A stretch of 64,000 nucleotides of DNA from Planctomycetota bacterium (lineage in GTDB: Bacteria > Planctomycetota > UBA8108 > SXIK01): positions 2,944,001 to 3,008,000 of the forward strand of contig OZ244999.1 in the NCBI GenBank assembly GCA_965223265.1, read 5' to 3'. Both the position numbers and the translations under genes were made by a program. The notes beneath the pieces were generated by a model. It was not told the origin of the DNA and ran no database searches. It saw only the letters and a list, made by a program, of their open reading frames with translations. Of the stretch, positions 48,138 to 57,435 are shown piece after piece; positions within the stretch are counted from its first letter, which is position 1; every line of letters begins with the position of its first letter.

Positions 48138-49067
48138 ATGATCTTTACGAGCGCAGACGAGTTCCTTGCGGCCGGGCAGAAGGTTGACGCCGGGACGACT
48201 TCGCGGTCGTCCGAACGGGCGGTTCTGCGCGCGGCCATGGTCGTCACACCGGCCGGGTTTCAGATTAGCGAGGAGTCCGCCCGGGACAACCGTTACATGC
48301 AAGTCGGCTCCAGCGTCGACCAGGAGCGTGCGCTGCGGCAGCACCAAGATGTGGTGACGACCCTCAATCGACTGGGAGTCCCCGTCCTCGTCTTCCCAGG
48401 GGTAGTAGGGCTCGAGGACGGTGTCTATCCGAACAACGTCTTCGCGACGATCCCACGTCGCCTCATCATCGGTTCGATGCGTCATGAGGTGCGTCGAGCC
48501 GAAGCGCAGCGCGCCGACATCAGGGAGCTCTTCACGAAGTCGTTTGGCTACGAGGTGGTAGACCTTTCGCTGCAGTCTTGTGTCGCTGAGCTCACGGGTC
48601 CGCTGGTGCTCGATCGAGCGCGAGGTCTCGGGATTTGCGGCATGACGGAGCGGGTCGACGAAGCCGGTTGTGAGCTCATGTCGAGAGCCTTTCAACTGCG
48701 TGCGACCTGGAGGGTCCCCTTGACGTCCAGTGAGTATCACACCAATTTGGTTTTGGCGGTGCTGGCCGGCCGCGGCAGCGTCGTCTATCCTCAGGCCTTT
48801 GAGAACGACGACGTCGCAGCCGTTCTCTCTGAACTCTACGACGGCAGAGTGCTCCAGTTAGACGAGGCCGAGAAGGAAAGTTTCGCGGCCAACTGTCTCG
48901 CTATCACAGCCCGAGACGTGTTGATGAGTGCTACGGCCACGGATGCACTTCGCCCTCAGTCGCGCCGACAGATCGAGGCTTGGGGATTCCGAGTTCATTC
49001 GGTCGCGATCGACGAGCTGGAGAAGGGCGGAGGAAGTCTCCGTTGTCTGATCGCCGAGGTGTTTTGA
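48138..49067 (+). CDS. Amidinotransferase-family hydrolase, CtlX-like
   Basis: DN.YM, DGVYPNNVF, RRAE, TG.LVLDR, YHTN, EKGGGSLRCLIAEVF. Confidence 0.85.
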   Translation: MIFTSADEFLAAGQKVDAGTTSRSSERAVLRAAMVVTPAGFQISEESARDNRYMQVGSSVDQERALRQHQDVVTTLNRLGVPVLVFPGVVGLEDGVYPNNVFATIPRRLIIGSMRHEVRRAEAQRADIRELFTKSFGYEVVDLSLQSCVAELTGPLVLDRARGLGICGMTERVDEAGCELMSRAFQLRATWRVPLTSSEYHTNLVLAVLAGRGSVVYPQAFENDDVAAVLSELYDGRVLQLDEAEKESFAANCLAITARDVLMSATATDALRPQSRRQIEAWGFRVHSVAIDELEKGGGSLRCLIAEVF

Positions 49068-49081
49068 GCCAGGAGGTTGTA

Positions 49082-50368
49082 GTGAGGTTCAGTGTCCACT
49101 CCGAGATCGGGCCGCTGCGGCACGTTCTTGTGCATCGACCTGGCTTAGAAGTCGATTCGATGCCCCCGGCGCTGATGGAGGAGCTCCTCTTCGACGACAT
49201 CGTATACGGCCCGGAAGCGCGCCGCGAGCATGACCGATTCACGGCGGTGATGCGATGTCTTGGAGTTCACTGCCACGACCTCGAAGACCTTCTGTGCGCG
49301 GCCATCGGGACCGCGCACGATGGGGTTGCAGAGCTACTGACACAGATCCAAGAGCTTGAGGGAGTTGATCCTCACACCATGCGCGATTTGTCGGCGCTGC
49401 CACCGGATCGCCTTGCTGCGGCGTTGATTCAGGGGGTGCGCGTCGATCGAAAGGGGACGAGCGACGACGTGCCGTTTCTCCTGGCGCCAGTTCCGAACTT
49501 GCTCTTTTCACGCGACGCACAGGTGGTCATCGGGGATCACTTCATGGTCAGTGGAATGAATCGTCGTGTGCGGCGGCGAGAGGCATGCCTTAGCCGCTTT
49601 GCGTTTCGGCATCACGAGCAGTTTGCCGACAACCCGCTGTTGATTGATTTTTCCGAGCGCGAGACGGACCACGGGACGGTCCAGTGCCCTCACGGGACGC
49701 TCGAAGGCGGAGATGTTTTGATTTTCAACGAGGGGGTCGTCGTCGTCGGGCTTAGCGAACGCACGATGGAACCCGCGGTCGACCGACTCGTTGAGAGACT
49801 CCGTCGACTGAAGGGCCTCCACCATCTGATCATGGTGCCGATCCCAAGAAGTCGAAGCGCCATGCATCTTGACACGATCTTCACGCGTACCTCGGTGACG
49901 GAGTGCCTCGTTTACGCACCGATGATCATGCCGGGGCATCTGCAGACGGTTAGTGTGGTGTCAATCGATTTGAGAAAGTCGTCGGACTGGGGGCACCGAA
50001 TGCCCTCACTTCTGGACGCCCTCGCAGAACTTGACGTCAGACTCGAGCCGATCGCCTGCGGGGGTGAAGTGGATCCGATCCAGCAAGCGAGAGAGCAGTG
50101 GACCGACGGTGCGAACTCGTTTGCGATTCGTCCCGGCTTGATCCTCCTCTATGCCCGTAACGCGGCGACAGCGATGGAACTCGAGCGTCACGGCTATCAG
50201 ATCGTATCGGTCGACGAGATGGAGTTTTCACGTCAGGGCGAATGTCTCTTCGACTTCGAGCCGCAGCGGAAATACGCCGTGCTGGTCGCCGGTGGCGAGC
50301 TCTCGCGTGCTCGGGGCGGACCGCGCTGTATGACGATGCCGCTCGTTCGGGATCAGCTGGCGTCATGA
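49082..50368 (+). CDS. arcA: Arginine deiminase
   Basis: SEIGPLR.VLVHRPG.E, LLFDDI, PNLLFSRD, EGGD, MHLDT, EQW.DG.N, ELSRARGGPRCMT; AGGAGG RBS. Confidence 0.9.
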   Translation: MRFSVHSEIGPLRHVLVHRPGLEVDSMPPALMEELLFDDIVYGPEARREHDRFTAVMRCLGVHCHDLEDLLCAAIGTAHDGVAELLTQIQELEGVDPHTMRDLSALPPDRLAAALIQGVRVDRKGTSDDVPFLLAPVPNLLFSRDAQVVIGDHFMVSGMNRRVRRREACLSRFAFRHHEQFADNPLLIDFSERETDHGTVQCPHGTLEGGDVLIFNEGVVVVGLSERTMEPAVDRLVERLRRLKGLHHLIMVPIPRSRSAMHLDTIFTRTSVTECLVYAPMIMPGHLQTVSVVSIDLRKSSDWGHRMPSLLDALAELDVRLEPIACGGEVDPIQQAREQWTDGANSFAIRPGLILLYARNAATAMELERHGYQIVSVDEMEFSRQGECLFDFEPQRKYAVLVAGGELSRARGGPRCMTMPLVRDQLAS

Positions 50369-50521
50369 TCAAGAGGAGCAACCGCGGCGACAGCATTGCC
50401 GACAGCGTTCGCGTCGCTATAATGGGCGCCTTTGCCCAGCGTGAGGGGGGCTGGCTCGAACCGATGTCAGGAATTGTGAACGTGATCTCCCGGATGGCCC
50501 GATGGCGCTGCAGGACAGCAT

Positions 50522-52363
50522 ATGAGTGAAGAAGGCAGAATTCGCAACGTGGCGATCATCGCCCATGTCGATCACGGCAAGACGACGCTCGTGGACAAGC
50601 TGCTCGCTCAGACCGGCGCACTCCCCGGACGCCAGGCTTGTGAGGAGAGGATTCTAGACTCCAACGACATCGAGAGAGAGCGAGGGATTACCATTCTCGC
50701 CAAGAACATCTCCTTGATGCACGAGGGCGTCAAGATCAACCTGATCGACACGCCAGGGCACTCCGACTTTGGTGGCGAAGTCGAACGTGTCCTGAAGATG
50801 GCAGACGGTGCGCTGGTGCTGGTCGATGCGTTCGAGGGCCCCATGCCGCAGACACGGTTCGTTCTCAGGAAGGCGTTCGAGCGAGGACTGAAGCTTGTCG
50901 TCGTGATCAACAAGATCGATCGTCATGACGAACGCTCCGACGAAGTCGTCGAGGAGGTCGCGGAGCTCTTTCTTGAGCTCGCCGCTGAGCTGCAGCTCGA
51001 TGACTCAGGTCTCGATTCGCTCGACTACCCCATCCTTTACGCTTCGGCGAGGGATGGCTACGCCGTCCGATCGCTCGACGACGAGCGTCGCGATGTCCTG
51101 CCGGTTCTGGAGACGATCCTCGAAGCGATTCCGGCGCCGGGCAACGACCCGGAGGGAACGCTCCAACTGCAGATCGCGAGCCTTGATTACAACGACTACG
51201 TCGGGCGCATCGGGATCGGCCGCATCTACGCCGGTAGGCTCCGAATCGGCGATCAGGTGCTAGCGTGCGGTCGCGGCGGCGAGCGCCGCTCGACGATCAA
51301 GGAGCTGTACATCTTCGATAAGCTTGGACGCGTTCGTACAGAGGAGGTTGAAGCCGGGGACATCTGCGCGATCACCGGGGTGGAGGATGTTCAGATCGGC
51401 GACACAATCACAGACACTGAAAGCCCCAGACCCTTGCCAATTGTCGACGTTGACCGCCCGACGATCGTGATGACGTTTCACGTCAACGATAGCCCGTTTT
51501 CCGGCAAGGACGGGCGTTACTTGACGTCGCGTCACTTGCGCGCGCGGCTCTACAAAGAGACCGAATCGAACGTCGCACTACGGGTATCGGACACAAAGGA
51601 GGCGGGTGTGTTTGAGGTGGCGGGACGCGGAACGCTTCACCTCGGCGTGCTGATCGAGAATATGAGGCGCGAAGGGTACGAGTTTCAGGTGGGAAAACCG
51701 CGGGTCATTCTTGTCGAGCGGGACGGAGTGAAAGAGGAGCCGGTTGAACGTCTGATTGTGCAAACCCCCACTGAGTCCGCCGGCAAGGTCATCGAGCTCA
51801 TCGGTGGTCGCCGCGGCGAGATGGTCAAGTACGAGCCGCAAGGCGAGCGAGTCCTCGTCGAATTCCTCGTTCCCGCACGTGGATTGATCGGTGTGAGCTC
51901 TCGCATCATGAATCTCACTGCCGGAGAGGCCATCGTTCACCACAGTTTTTCGCGCTACGAGGCATTCAAGGGGGCGATCCCCGGCCGCCTCCAGGGCGTC
52001 ATGGTGTCGAGCGAGACGGGTCCTGCGGTGCCGTATGCACTCTTCGGCCTTCGTGACCGCGGCGTGATGTTCGTAGAGCCGAACGTGCCTGTCTACAAGG
52101 GTATGATCGTCGGCGAGCACTGCAAGGACGATGACATTGTCGTCAACGTTTGTCGCGAGAAGAAGCTGACAAACATTCGTGCTGCTGGGTCCGACAAAAA
52201 CGTCCTGTTGTCGCCACCGCGGCGCTTGTCGATCGAGGAAGCACTCGAGTACATCGAGCACGACGAGCTCGTTGAAGTGACGCCGAAGACGTTCCGCCTG
52301 CGCAAGCGCTTCCTGGATGCCAAGGATCGACGTCGCATGAATCGCTCGGCGCAGGTACACTGA
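50522..52363 (+). CDS. typA: Translational GTPase TypA/BipA
   Basis: AHVDHGKTTL, ERGITILAKN, DTPGHSDFGGEVER, GRG.LHL..LIENMRREG, K.LTNIRA. Confidence 0.97.
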   Translation: MSEEGRIRNVAIIAHVDHGKTTLVDKLLAQTGALPGRQACEERILDSNDIERERGITILAKNISLMHEGVKINLIDTPGHSDFGGEVERVLKMADGALVLVDAFEGPMPQTRFVLRKAFERGLKLVVVINKIDRHDERSDEVVEEVAELFLELAAELQLDDSGLDSLDYPILYASARDGYAVRSLDDERRDVLPVLETILEAIPAPGNDPEGTLQLQIASLDYNDYVGRIGIGRIYAGRLRIGDQVLACGRGGERRSTIKELYIFDKLGRVRTEEVEAGDICAITGVEDVQIGDTITDTESPRPLPIVDVDRPTIVMTFHVNDSPFSGKDGRYLTSRHLRARLYKETESNVALRVSDTKEAGVFEVAGRGTLHLGVLIENMRREGYEFQVGKPRVILVERDGVKEEPVERLIVQTPTESAGKVIELIGGRRGEMVKYEPQGERVLVEFLVPARGLIGVSSRIMNLTAGEAIVHHSFSRYEAFKGAIPGRLQGVMVSSETGPAVPYALFGLRDRGVMFVEPNVPVYKGMIVGEHCKDDDIVVNVCREKKLTNIRAAGSDKNVLLSPPRRLSIEEALEYIEHDELVEVTPKTFRLRKRFLDAKDRRRMNRSAQVH

Positions 52364-52400
52364 GGCGACCGCGAACGGTTCAGCGGATCGGTGCGTTCGC

Positions 52401-52450
52401 AAAAAAAGACCCCCAAACAAGCGGCCGCACCGGCCGCCCGTCTAGGGGGT
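52401..52450 (-). terminator. Rho-independent terminator oriented for a minus-strand transcript
   Basis: Minus strand CCCCCTAGACGGGCGGCCG-gtg-CGGCCGCTTGTTTGGGGG-TCTTTTTTT; G-U pairs form only on the minus strand. Confidence 0.7.
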
Positions 52451-52628
52451 TCCCAGGGGTAAAGGGAGAGAGCTGCATCCCGGCTTGCGACGTCGTTCGC
52501 GTCCGCGGGAGGAAGTCAGTCGTTCGGATCTTGCTCGCTGGTTCGACAGATTGCTCTCCTGTGACCGTGAGGGCGCCGACGGCGATCTGCCAGCATCTGT
52601 TCGACGAATCGCAACTAACGAGCCGATC

Positions 52629-52798
52629 GACCTCGGTGTTCTAACGTCGTCTTGGCAACCCGGTTAGAATTTGAGCTGCGTGGTCGCCAGGCGGGTAGAA
52701 TAGCCACGGCGGCGAGTTATTACGGGGTGACTTCGCATCACTGCCACCCTTGCGAGAGGGCTTCTGGCACTGAACAAGTGCGGCGATTTTGCGAGACT
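52629..52798 (+). ncRNA. Candidate structured RNA, possibly 6S RNA
   Basis: Long G-U-rich irregular hairpin (52656-52729), 3' hairpin CCACCCTTGCGAGAGGGCTTC, 5' CTCGGTGTTC and 3' GCGGCG..CGAG reminiscent of 6S; judged by eye only. Confidence 0.35.
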
Positions 52799-52853
52799 TC
52801 GGGCGGGTGAGTGGTAGTTTCGCTGAACTCACCAGCAATCCCGGAGGACCGCA

Positions 52854-54224
52854 ATGCTCTCAAAGCCACGCACTTGCGTTCGTCAATTGCTATGGTCGGC
52901 TGCACTCGCCGCGAGCTGTACGCTCTTGCCTAGCTATGGCAACGCCGAGACGCCTGACCTCTACACGCGCGGCGACGTCAACGTTGACGGCGAAACTGAT
53001 CTCGCTGATGCGGTCTTCACGCTTTTGCACCTTTTTGCGAGCGGCGACACACCCCCTTGCCTGAAGAGCGCAGACACGAACGACACCGGTGACGTCGACC
53101 TCGCTGATGCTGTCTTTCTTCTACTGCACCTCTTCCAGAGTGGCGAGGCGCCTTCGGAGCCGTACGAGACGTGTGGCGTCGCGACCTCGGCGGCGGGGCT
53201 CACCTGCGTTTCGTTTCCGCCGTGCGAGTTCGAAACGATCGTGACGCGCTACGATCTTTTGACGACGGTGGCAGGCCGTGGACAACAGGACGACGGCGGC
53301 CGCAACAACTGGGACGACAGCTTTGAGGGGGCTGAAGGGACCGCCGTGGAGCTGTCGCGGCCTCATCATGCGATCGCGGATGATGCTGGAAATATCTTTA
53401 TCGCGGACAAGGACGCGCACGGCATTCGAAAGCTGTTGCCCGACGGAACCTTGGTGACGGTGGCCGGCACCAACCAGCCTGGCGACGCGCCAGACACTGC
53501 GGTCCCCGGCGTCGCCGCATCCTTGCGGTCGCCGAACGGTCTTTGGGTGCGTGGCGACGGTACGGTTTACATTTTGGACCTGGGCAACTCAAAGGTGCGT
53601 CGGCTCTCCCCTGACGGCATGATGACGACGATGTTCAAAGACGACGAGGGGTTGGTCATCGGCCGTGGGATTTGGGTCAGCCCCGAGGAAGATCGAGTCT
53701 TTGTGGCTTCGGGTTCCCGGGTGCGGGAATGGACACCCGAAAGAGGGGTGGTGACGTTTGTCGAGGGTTTCGCGCAGCTGGGCAACCTCATCGTTGATCC
53801 ACAGGGCCAACTGGTCGTCACCGATCGCGGCGCGCATATTGTGGCGCGTGTCGACTCGAACGGCGGCGTCACTCGCATCGCCGGGAACGGTACCACCGGC
53901 GGCGGCGGTGACGGCTTTCCGGCGTTGGACACTGGCTTGAACGGGGTTCGGGCGATATGGTTTCTCGACACCGGAGCCTACTTCCTCGGTACACACCGCG
54001 GGAGTCAGGTTTGGTACGTTGATACCCGCGGCGTGATTCATCTCTTTCTCGATGGCCGATCAGACGACACTCACGCGGGTGATGGCGAGAGTTTTTGGAC
54101 GCCTGGGCCGAAGGTGAGCGAAGTGCGTTCAGTCTCTGTCGATTCGCGCGGCAATTTGATCGTAACGGAAAACGATTTGGGGTTCGTGCGTGTCGTGCAG
54201 CGGGTTGATCGCCGTGATACCTGA
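52854..54224 (+). CDS. Secreted protein: dockerin-like module + NHL-repeat beta-propeller
   Basis: Signal peptide, RGDVNVDGETDLADA..ADTNDTGDVDLADA, GNIFIADKDAH.IRK, TVAG, PNGL; GGAGG RBS. Confidence 0.85.
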   Translation: MLSKPRTCVRQLLWSAALAASCTLLPSYGNAETPDLYTRGDVNVDGETDLADAVFTLLHLFASGDTPPCLKSADTNDTGDVDLADAVFLLLHLFQSGEAPSEPYETCGVATSAAGLTCVSFPPCEFETIVTRYDLLTTVAGRGQQDDGGRNNWDDSFEGAEGTAVELSRPHHAIADDAGNIFIADKDAHGIRKLLPDGTLVTVAGTNQPGDAPDTAVPGVAASLRSPNGLWVRGDGTVYILDLGNSKVRRLSPDGMMTTMFKDDEGLVIGRGIWVSPEEDRVFVASGSRVREWTPERGVVTFVEGFAQLGNLIVDPQGQLVVTDRGAHIVARVDSNGGVTRIAGNGTTGGGGDGFPALDTGLNGVRAIWFLDTGAYFLGTHRGSQVWYVDTRGVIHLFLDGRSDDTHAGDGESFWTPGPKVSEVRSVSVDSRGNLIVTENDLGFVRVVQRVDRRDT

Positions 54225-54254
54225 CGCTCTTGCCGAGAAGGAAGGACCCGAAGA

Positions 54255-55265
54255 TTGCCGTTTCGTTTCGTCATGTTGGGCATGGACCACACCCATGCCC
54301 ACGGGATCGTTGAGCAGGTCGCACGTCACCCGGAAGAGTTTCAGCTGACAGGAGCGTATGACTCGAGCGCTGCGGTCGTGGCGCGCAGGCGGGAGGAATG
54401 GTTGCCTCTGTTGCCTGAGCTCGAGTTCTTCGACGATCCGGGAAGACTCTTGGCGACGCGGCCGGACGGTGTGATTGTTGAAGGCACAGTGTGGCAGAAC
54501 CTCCGGTGGGCGCGGTTCAGCCTTGAGCGCGGCTTCCCCGTCCTGTTGGAAAAGCCGGCGGGGAACGATCTCGTCGAATTCGAAGAGGTCGTCCGGTTGG
54601 CGCAGTCGCGCGGTCTGCATCTGCAAATGCTCTACCTTTTTCGCTCGATGACTGCGGTCCTTCAGATGCTTGAACTGGCCGAGAGCGGCAGACTCGGTCG
54701 CATCTATATGTTTCGCGCCCGCTTGTCGAAGGATCTCGCTGACTACGAGTGGAACGCGAACAGTTTCGCCTGGCATCGAGGTGGAATATTCTTCGAGATG
54801 GCCGGTCATGCGATCGACATGATGGTCACGATGCTTGGCCGCCCGGCGAATGTGACTCCCTTCCTGGGCCACCACCACAACACATCCGGTTCGTTCGTTG
54901 ACAACGGCATCGCAGTGTTCGAGTTTGGTGGCGCGTGGGGGATCGTGGAAGTGCCGGCGCTCGAGACGGCGCCAAATTCGCGACGTTTCGAGGTCTATGG
55001 TACTGAGGGAGCATGCGTGATTCCTCACCTCGGTAGCGGACACCTCGAAAACAACGCTAAGCAGCCGCTTCAAGTCTCCCTTGACGGCGAAGGATGGCGG
55101 ACGCTTGACCTCGATGCTGCGGTACTACAAGTCGCCGACCTACGGGAGTTTGTTGCCTGCGTTCGAGACGGCAAGGCGCCTCGGTATTCGCTAGAGCACG
55201 ACGTCGTTGTCCAGGAGGCGTTGCTGCGCGCATCTGACTGCATCGAAAGGAGACATCTTCAGTGA
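54255..55265 (+). CDS. Gfo/Idh/MocA family oxidoreductase
   Basis: LG..H.HA, VLLEKPAG, GGIFFEMAGHAID. Confidence 0.85.
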   Translation: MPFRFVMLGMDHTHAHGIVEQVARHPEEFQLTGAYDSSAAVVARRREEWLPLLPELEFFDDPGRLLATRPDGVIVEGTVWQNLRWARFSLERGFPVLLEKPAGNDLVEFEEVVRLAQSRGLHLQMLYLFRSMTAVLQMLELAESGRLGRIYMFRARLSKDLADYEWNANSFAWHRGGIFFEMAGHAIDMMVTMLGRPANVTPFLGHHHNTSGSFVDNGIAVFEFGGAWGIVEVPALETAPNSRRFEVYGTEGACVIPHLGSGHLENNAKQPLQVSLDGEGWRTLDLDAAVLQVADLREFVACVRDGKAPRYSLEHDVVVQEALLRASDCIERRHLQ

Positions 55266-56002
55266 ACACGACCCAAGAGAAGAAGTTCTCGAGACGAAGG
55301 TGCGCAGCGCCTCAGTGGTGCGGGGTGTTCCTTCTCGTCGTGTCGTCTTGTGGGACTCTTTCGCTTGCGGCGCAGTCAACGCCGCCCGCGAGCGAGTCGG
55401 CGCGTTGGGAGAAGGCCATTCGCGCGTTCGAGGCTCAGGATCGTGCCCAGCCGCCTGCACGAGGAGGCGTCCTTTTTCTCGGATCGTCGAGCATTCGCCT
55501 TTGGGACTTGCCGAATTCGTTCGCCGCCTTGAAGTCGATCAACCGAGGTTTTGGTGGTTCGCAGATTTCCGACTGCATCGAGTTCGCGCCGCGCATTCTC
55601 TTTCCCTACGAACCGCAGACCGTCGTTTTCTATGCCGGTGACAACGACATCGCCGCGGGTAAGAGTGCTGAAGTTGTGGCGCGCGACTACCGCCGATTCG
55701 TCGCCTTGGTGCACGAGCGCTTACCTCGCACGCGAGTGGTTTTCATTTCCATCAAGCCGAGCATTAAACGATGGCACCTCATCGACCGCATGCGCCAAGC
55801 GAACCGGTGGATTCGCGAGTTTAGCACGACGGACCCGCGTCTAGAATACGTCGACATCGACACTCCGATGCTCGACGCCTACGGGAAGCCACGCTTCGAC
55901 TTTTTGGATAGCGATGGGCTGCACTTGAGTCCTGCTGGGTACGCGCTGTGGGCGTCGCGCGTCCGTCCCCACCTGCTTGTGAAGAGTGTGAAGAAACCGT
56001 GA
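55262..56002 (+). CDS. SGNH/GDSL hydrolase
   Basis: FLGSSSIRLW, NRGFGGS, YAGDND, DGLH. Confidence 0.9.
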   Translation: MNTTQEKKFSRRRCAAPQWCGVFLLVVSSCGTLSLAAQSTPPASESARWEKAIRAFEAQDRAQPPARGGVLFLGSSSIRLWDLPNSFAALKSINRGFGGSQISDCIEFAPRILFPYEPQTVVFYAGDNDIAAGKSAEVVARDYRRFVALVHERLPRTRVVFISIKPSIKRWHLIDRMRQANRWIREFSTTDPRLEYVDIDTPMLDAYGKPRFDFLDSDGLHLSPAGYALWASRVRPHLLVKSVKKP

Positions 56003-56034
56003 GCGCCGCGCCAAGAAAACGGGCCGCACGAGCG

Positions 56035-57366
56035 TCAATCGGATGCGTGTAGCCACGCCAGCACAGGCAGCGACGGTGCATCCGTGAGTTCTAGTCCGTG
56101 TGGACCGACGACGGCTGCCTCGATCCAGCAGATGCTCGCGACCGCATCGCGCTGGGTGAATTGGCCGACCGGTGAGCGTGCGAGCAGAAGGCTCGTTCTC
56201 GCCAATCGCTTTGGCGTAACAGAATCAGCATTGGCGGCCCCGGAGCCTAATCGTAAGTAACCGATCTGACCGTCACCTGTTTCCCACGTGGCGACCGCCA
56301 TGTTGGTTGACGGTGCAAGACGGATGTGCGACGCGTTCGCCACGAGCGAGGGGTCTGTGGATTCGACGAGAGTCGGAGCATCGAAGGTGCGCCCCCCGTC
56401 GCGAGATCGTGACCACCACAGTTGACCATCCGAGCCGCCAGCGACCCACATCGCCCAAAGTGTGCCATCGTCCGCGGCGGCGATCGCGGGACCGTTCACG
56501 GGACAGCAGGAGAACGTCCAGCCCTCTGAGAGCGTCACCGCTGGATCGAACGATCGTTGTGATGGCCGACGTGAGAGAACTCGGACAAAAAGAGATGGGC
56601 CGACGCGATCACGATAGATCACGTGAATCGAACCGTCCTGCCCAACGGTCACCGATGGTACGCAGCAAGGACAAACTCCGTCAGCTGAGTCGGTCAGGCG
56701 CTGGTTTGATGCCAGGAGCCGGCCGTCCGTACTGACAAGGGAGAAGTAGAGTTGCTTCTGGTTCGGGTTCGACGACGGTGCGTCGCGTTCGTCGAGCCAT
56801 ACGACACAGATGTTTCCGTCACGGGTGACGGCCATGTCGTGATACTCCTGCCCGCAGAGGGCGGTAGCACCGGAGACTGTGGGGGGTGAGGCAGTGTGAA
56901 CATCGTCGTTGACCCGCGTCGGAGAGGAGAAGGTCGCGCCGTCGTCTGAGGAAACGGCAAGGAAAATATCACCGGCGAGATCGTCGCGGCGATCAACCCA
57001 GGACACTGCGATCACGCCGTTCGGCGTGATCGCGACGCGAGGTCCGACTTGACGACCTGCAACAGCCGATTTCGCGCGGTCATTCACAATCCGTGGCCGG
57101 CTCCACGACGCCTCGCTCGCGGTGTCGTCGAAACGAGAAAGGACGATGTCGGCGCCACCGTCCCGATCCACGATCGCCCACGTTGCCAGCAGCTGCCCAC
57201 CTGGGGTCACCGCGAGATCCAATTCCTCGACGCGTCCGTTCGGCAGCACGTCTGCATGTTTTGCCGCGGGGGGCGCAAGACAGCCAGCGACAATGGCGGC
57301 TGCCATCGCTAACAGAGCTCCACGCGCTGGGACCGAGACACGTCGTGCGGACGACACGTGCGACAT
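56035..57366 (-). CDS. BNR/Asp-box (sialidase-like) beta-propeller lipoprotein
   Basis: VAG-C lipobox, SSDDGATF, SRDGGRTF, WLDER, VCPCC, CCPVNGP. Confidence 0.8.
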   Translation of the reverse strand: MSHVSSARRVSVPARGALLAMAAAIVAGCLAPPAAKHADVLPNGRVEELDLAVTPGGQLLATWAIVDRDGGADIVLSRFDDTASEASWSRPRIVNDRAKSAVAGRQVGPRVAITPNGVIAVSWVDRRDDLAGDIFLAVSSDDGATFSSPTRVNDDVHTASPPTVSGATALCGQEYHDMAVTRDGNICVVWLDERDAPSSNPNQKQLYFSLVSTDGRLLASNQRLTDSADGVCPCCVPSVTVGQDGSIHVIYRDRVGPSLFVRVLSRRPSQRSFDPAVTLSEGWTFSCCPVNGPAIAAADDGTLWAMWVAGGSDGQLWWSRSRDGGRTFDAPTLVESTDPSLVANASHIRLAPSTNMAVATWETGDGQIGYLRLGSGAANADSVTPKRLARTSLLLARSPVGQFTQRDAVASICWIEAAVVGPHGLELTDAPSLPVLAWLHASD

Positions 57367-57435
57367 CGTTTTTCTCGGACAGTGAGTGTTTATGCGACCA
57401 AGCATCGTGTTGACTCTTTTGAAGTTGTACTGAGT

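Noticed and set aside
52475-52520. RNase P-like words (CCCGGCTT, GAGGAAGTC)
   Set aside because: Wrong order and spacing and imperfect match to GAGGAAAGUCC; no P4 pairing
52650-52775. c-di-GMP-I riboswitch-like words on the minus strand (GATGCGAAG, CCGGGTTGCC)
   Set aside because: Lacks the 5' GGCAAA and GNRA P2; G-U pairs favour the plus strand
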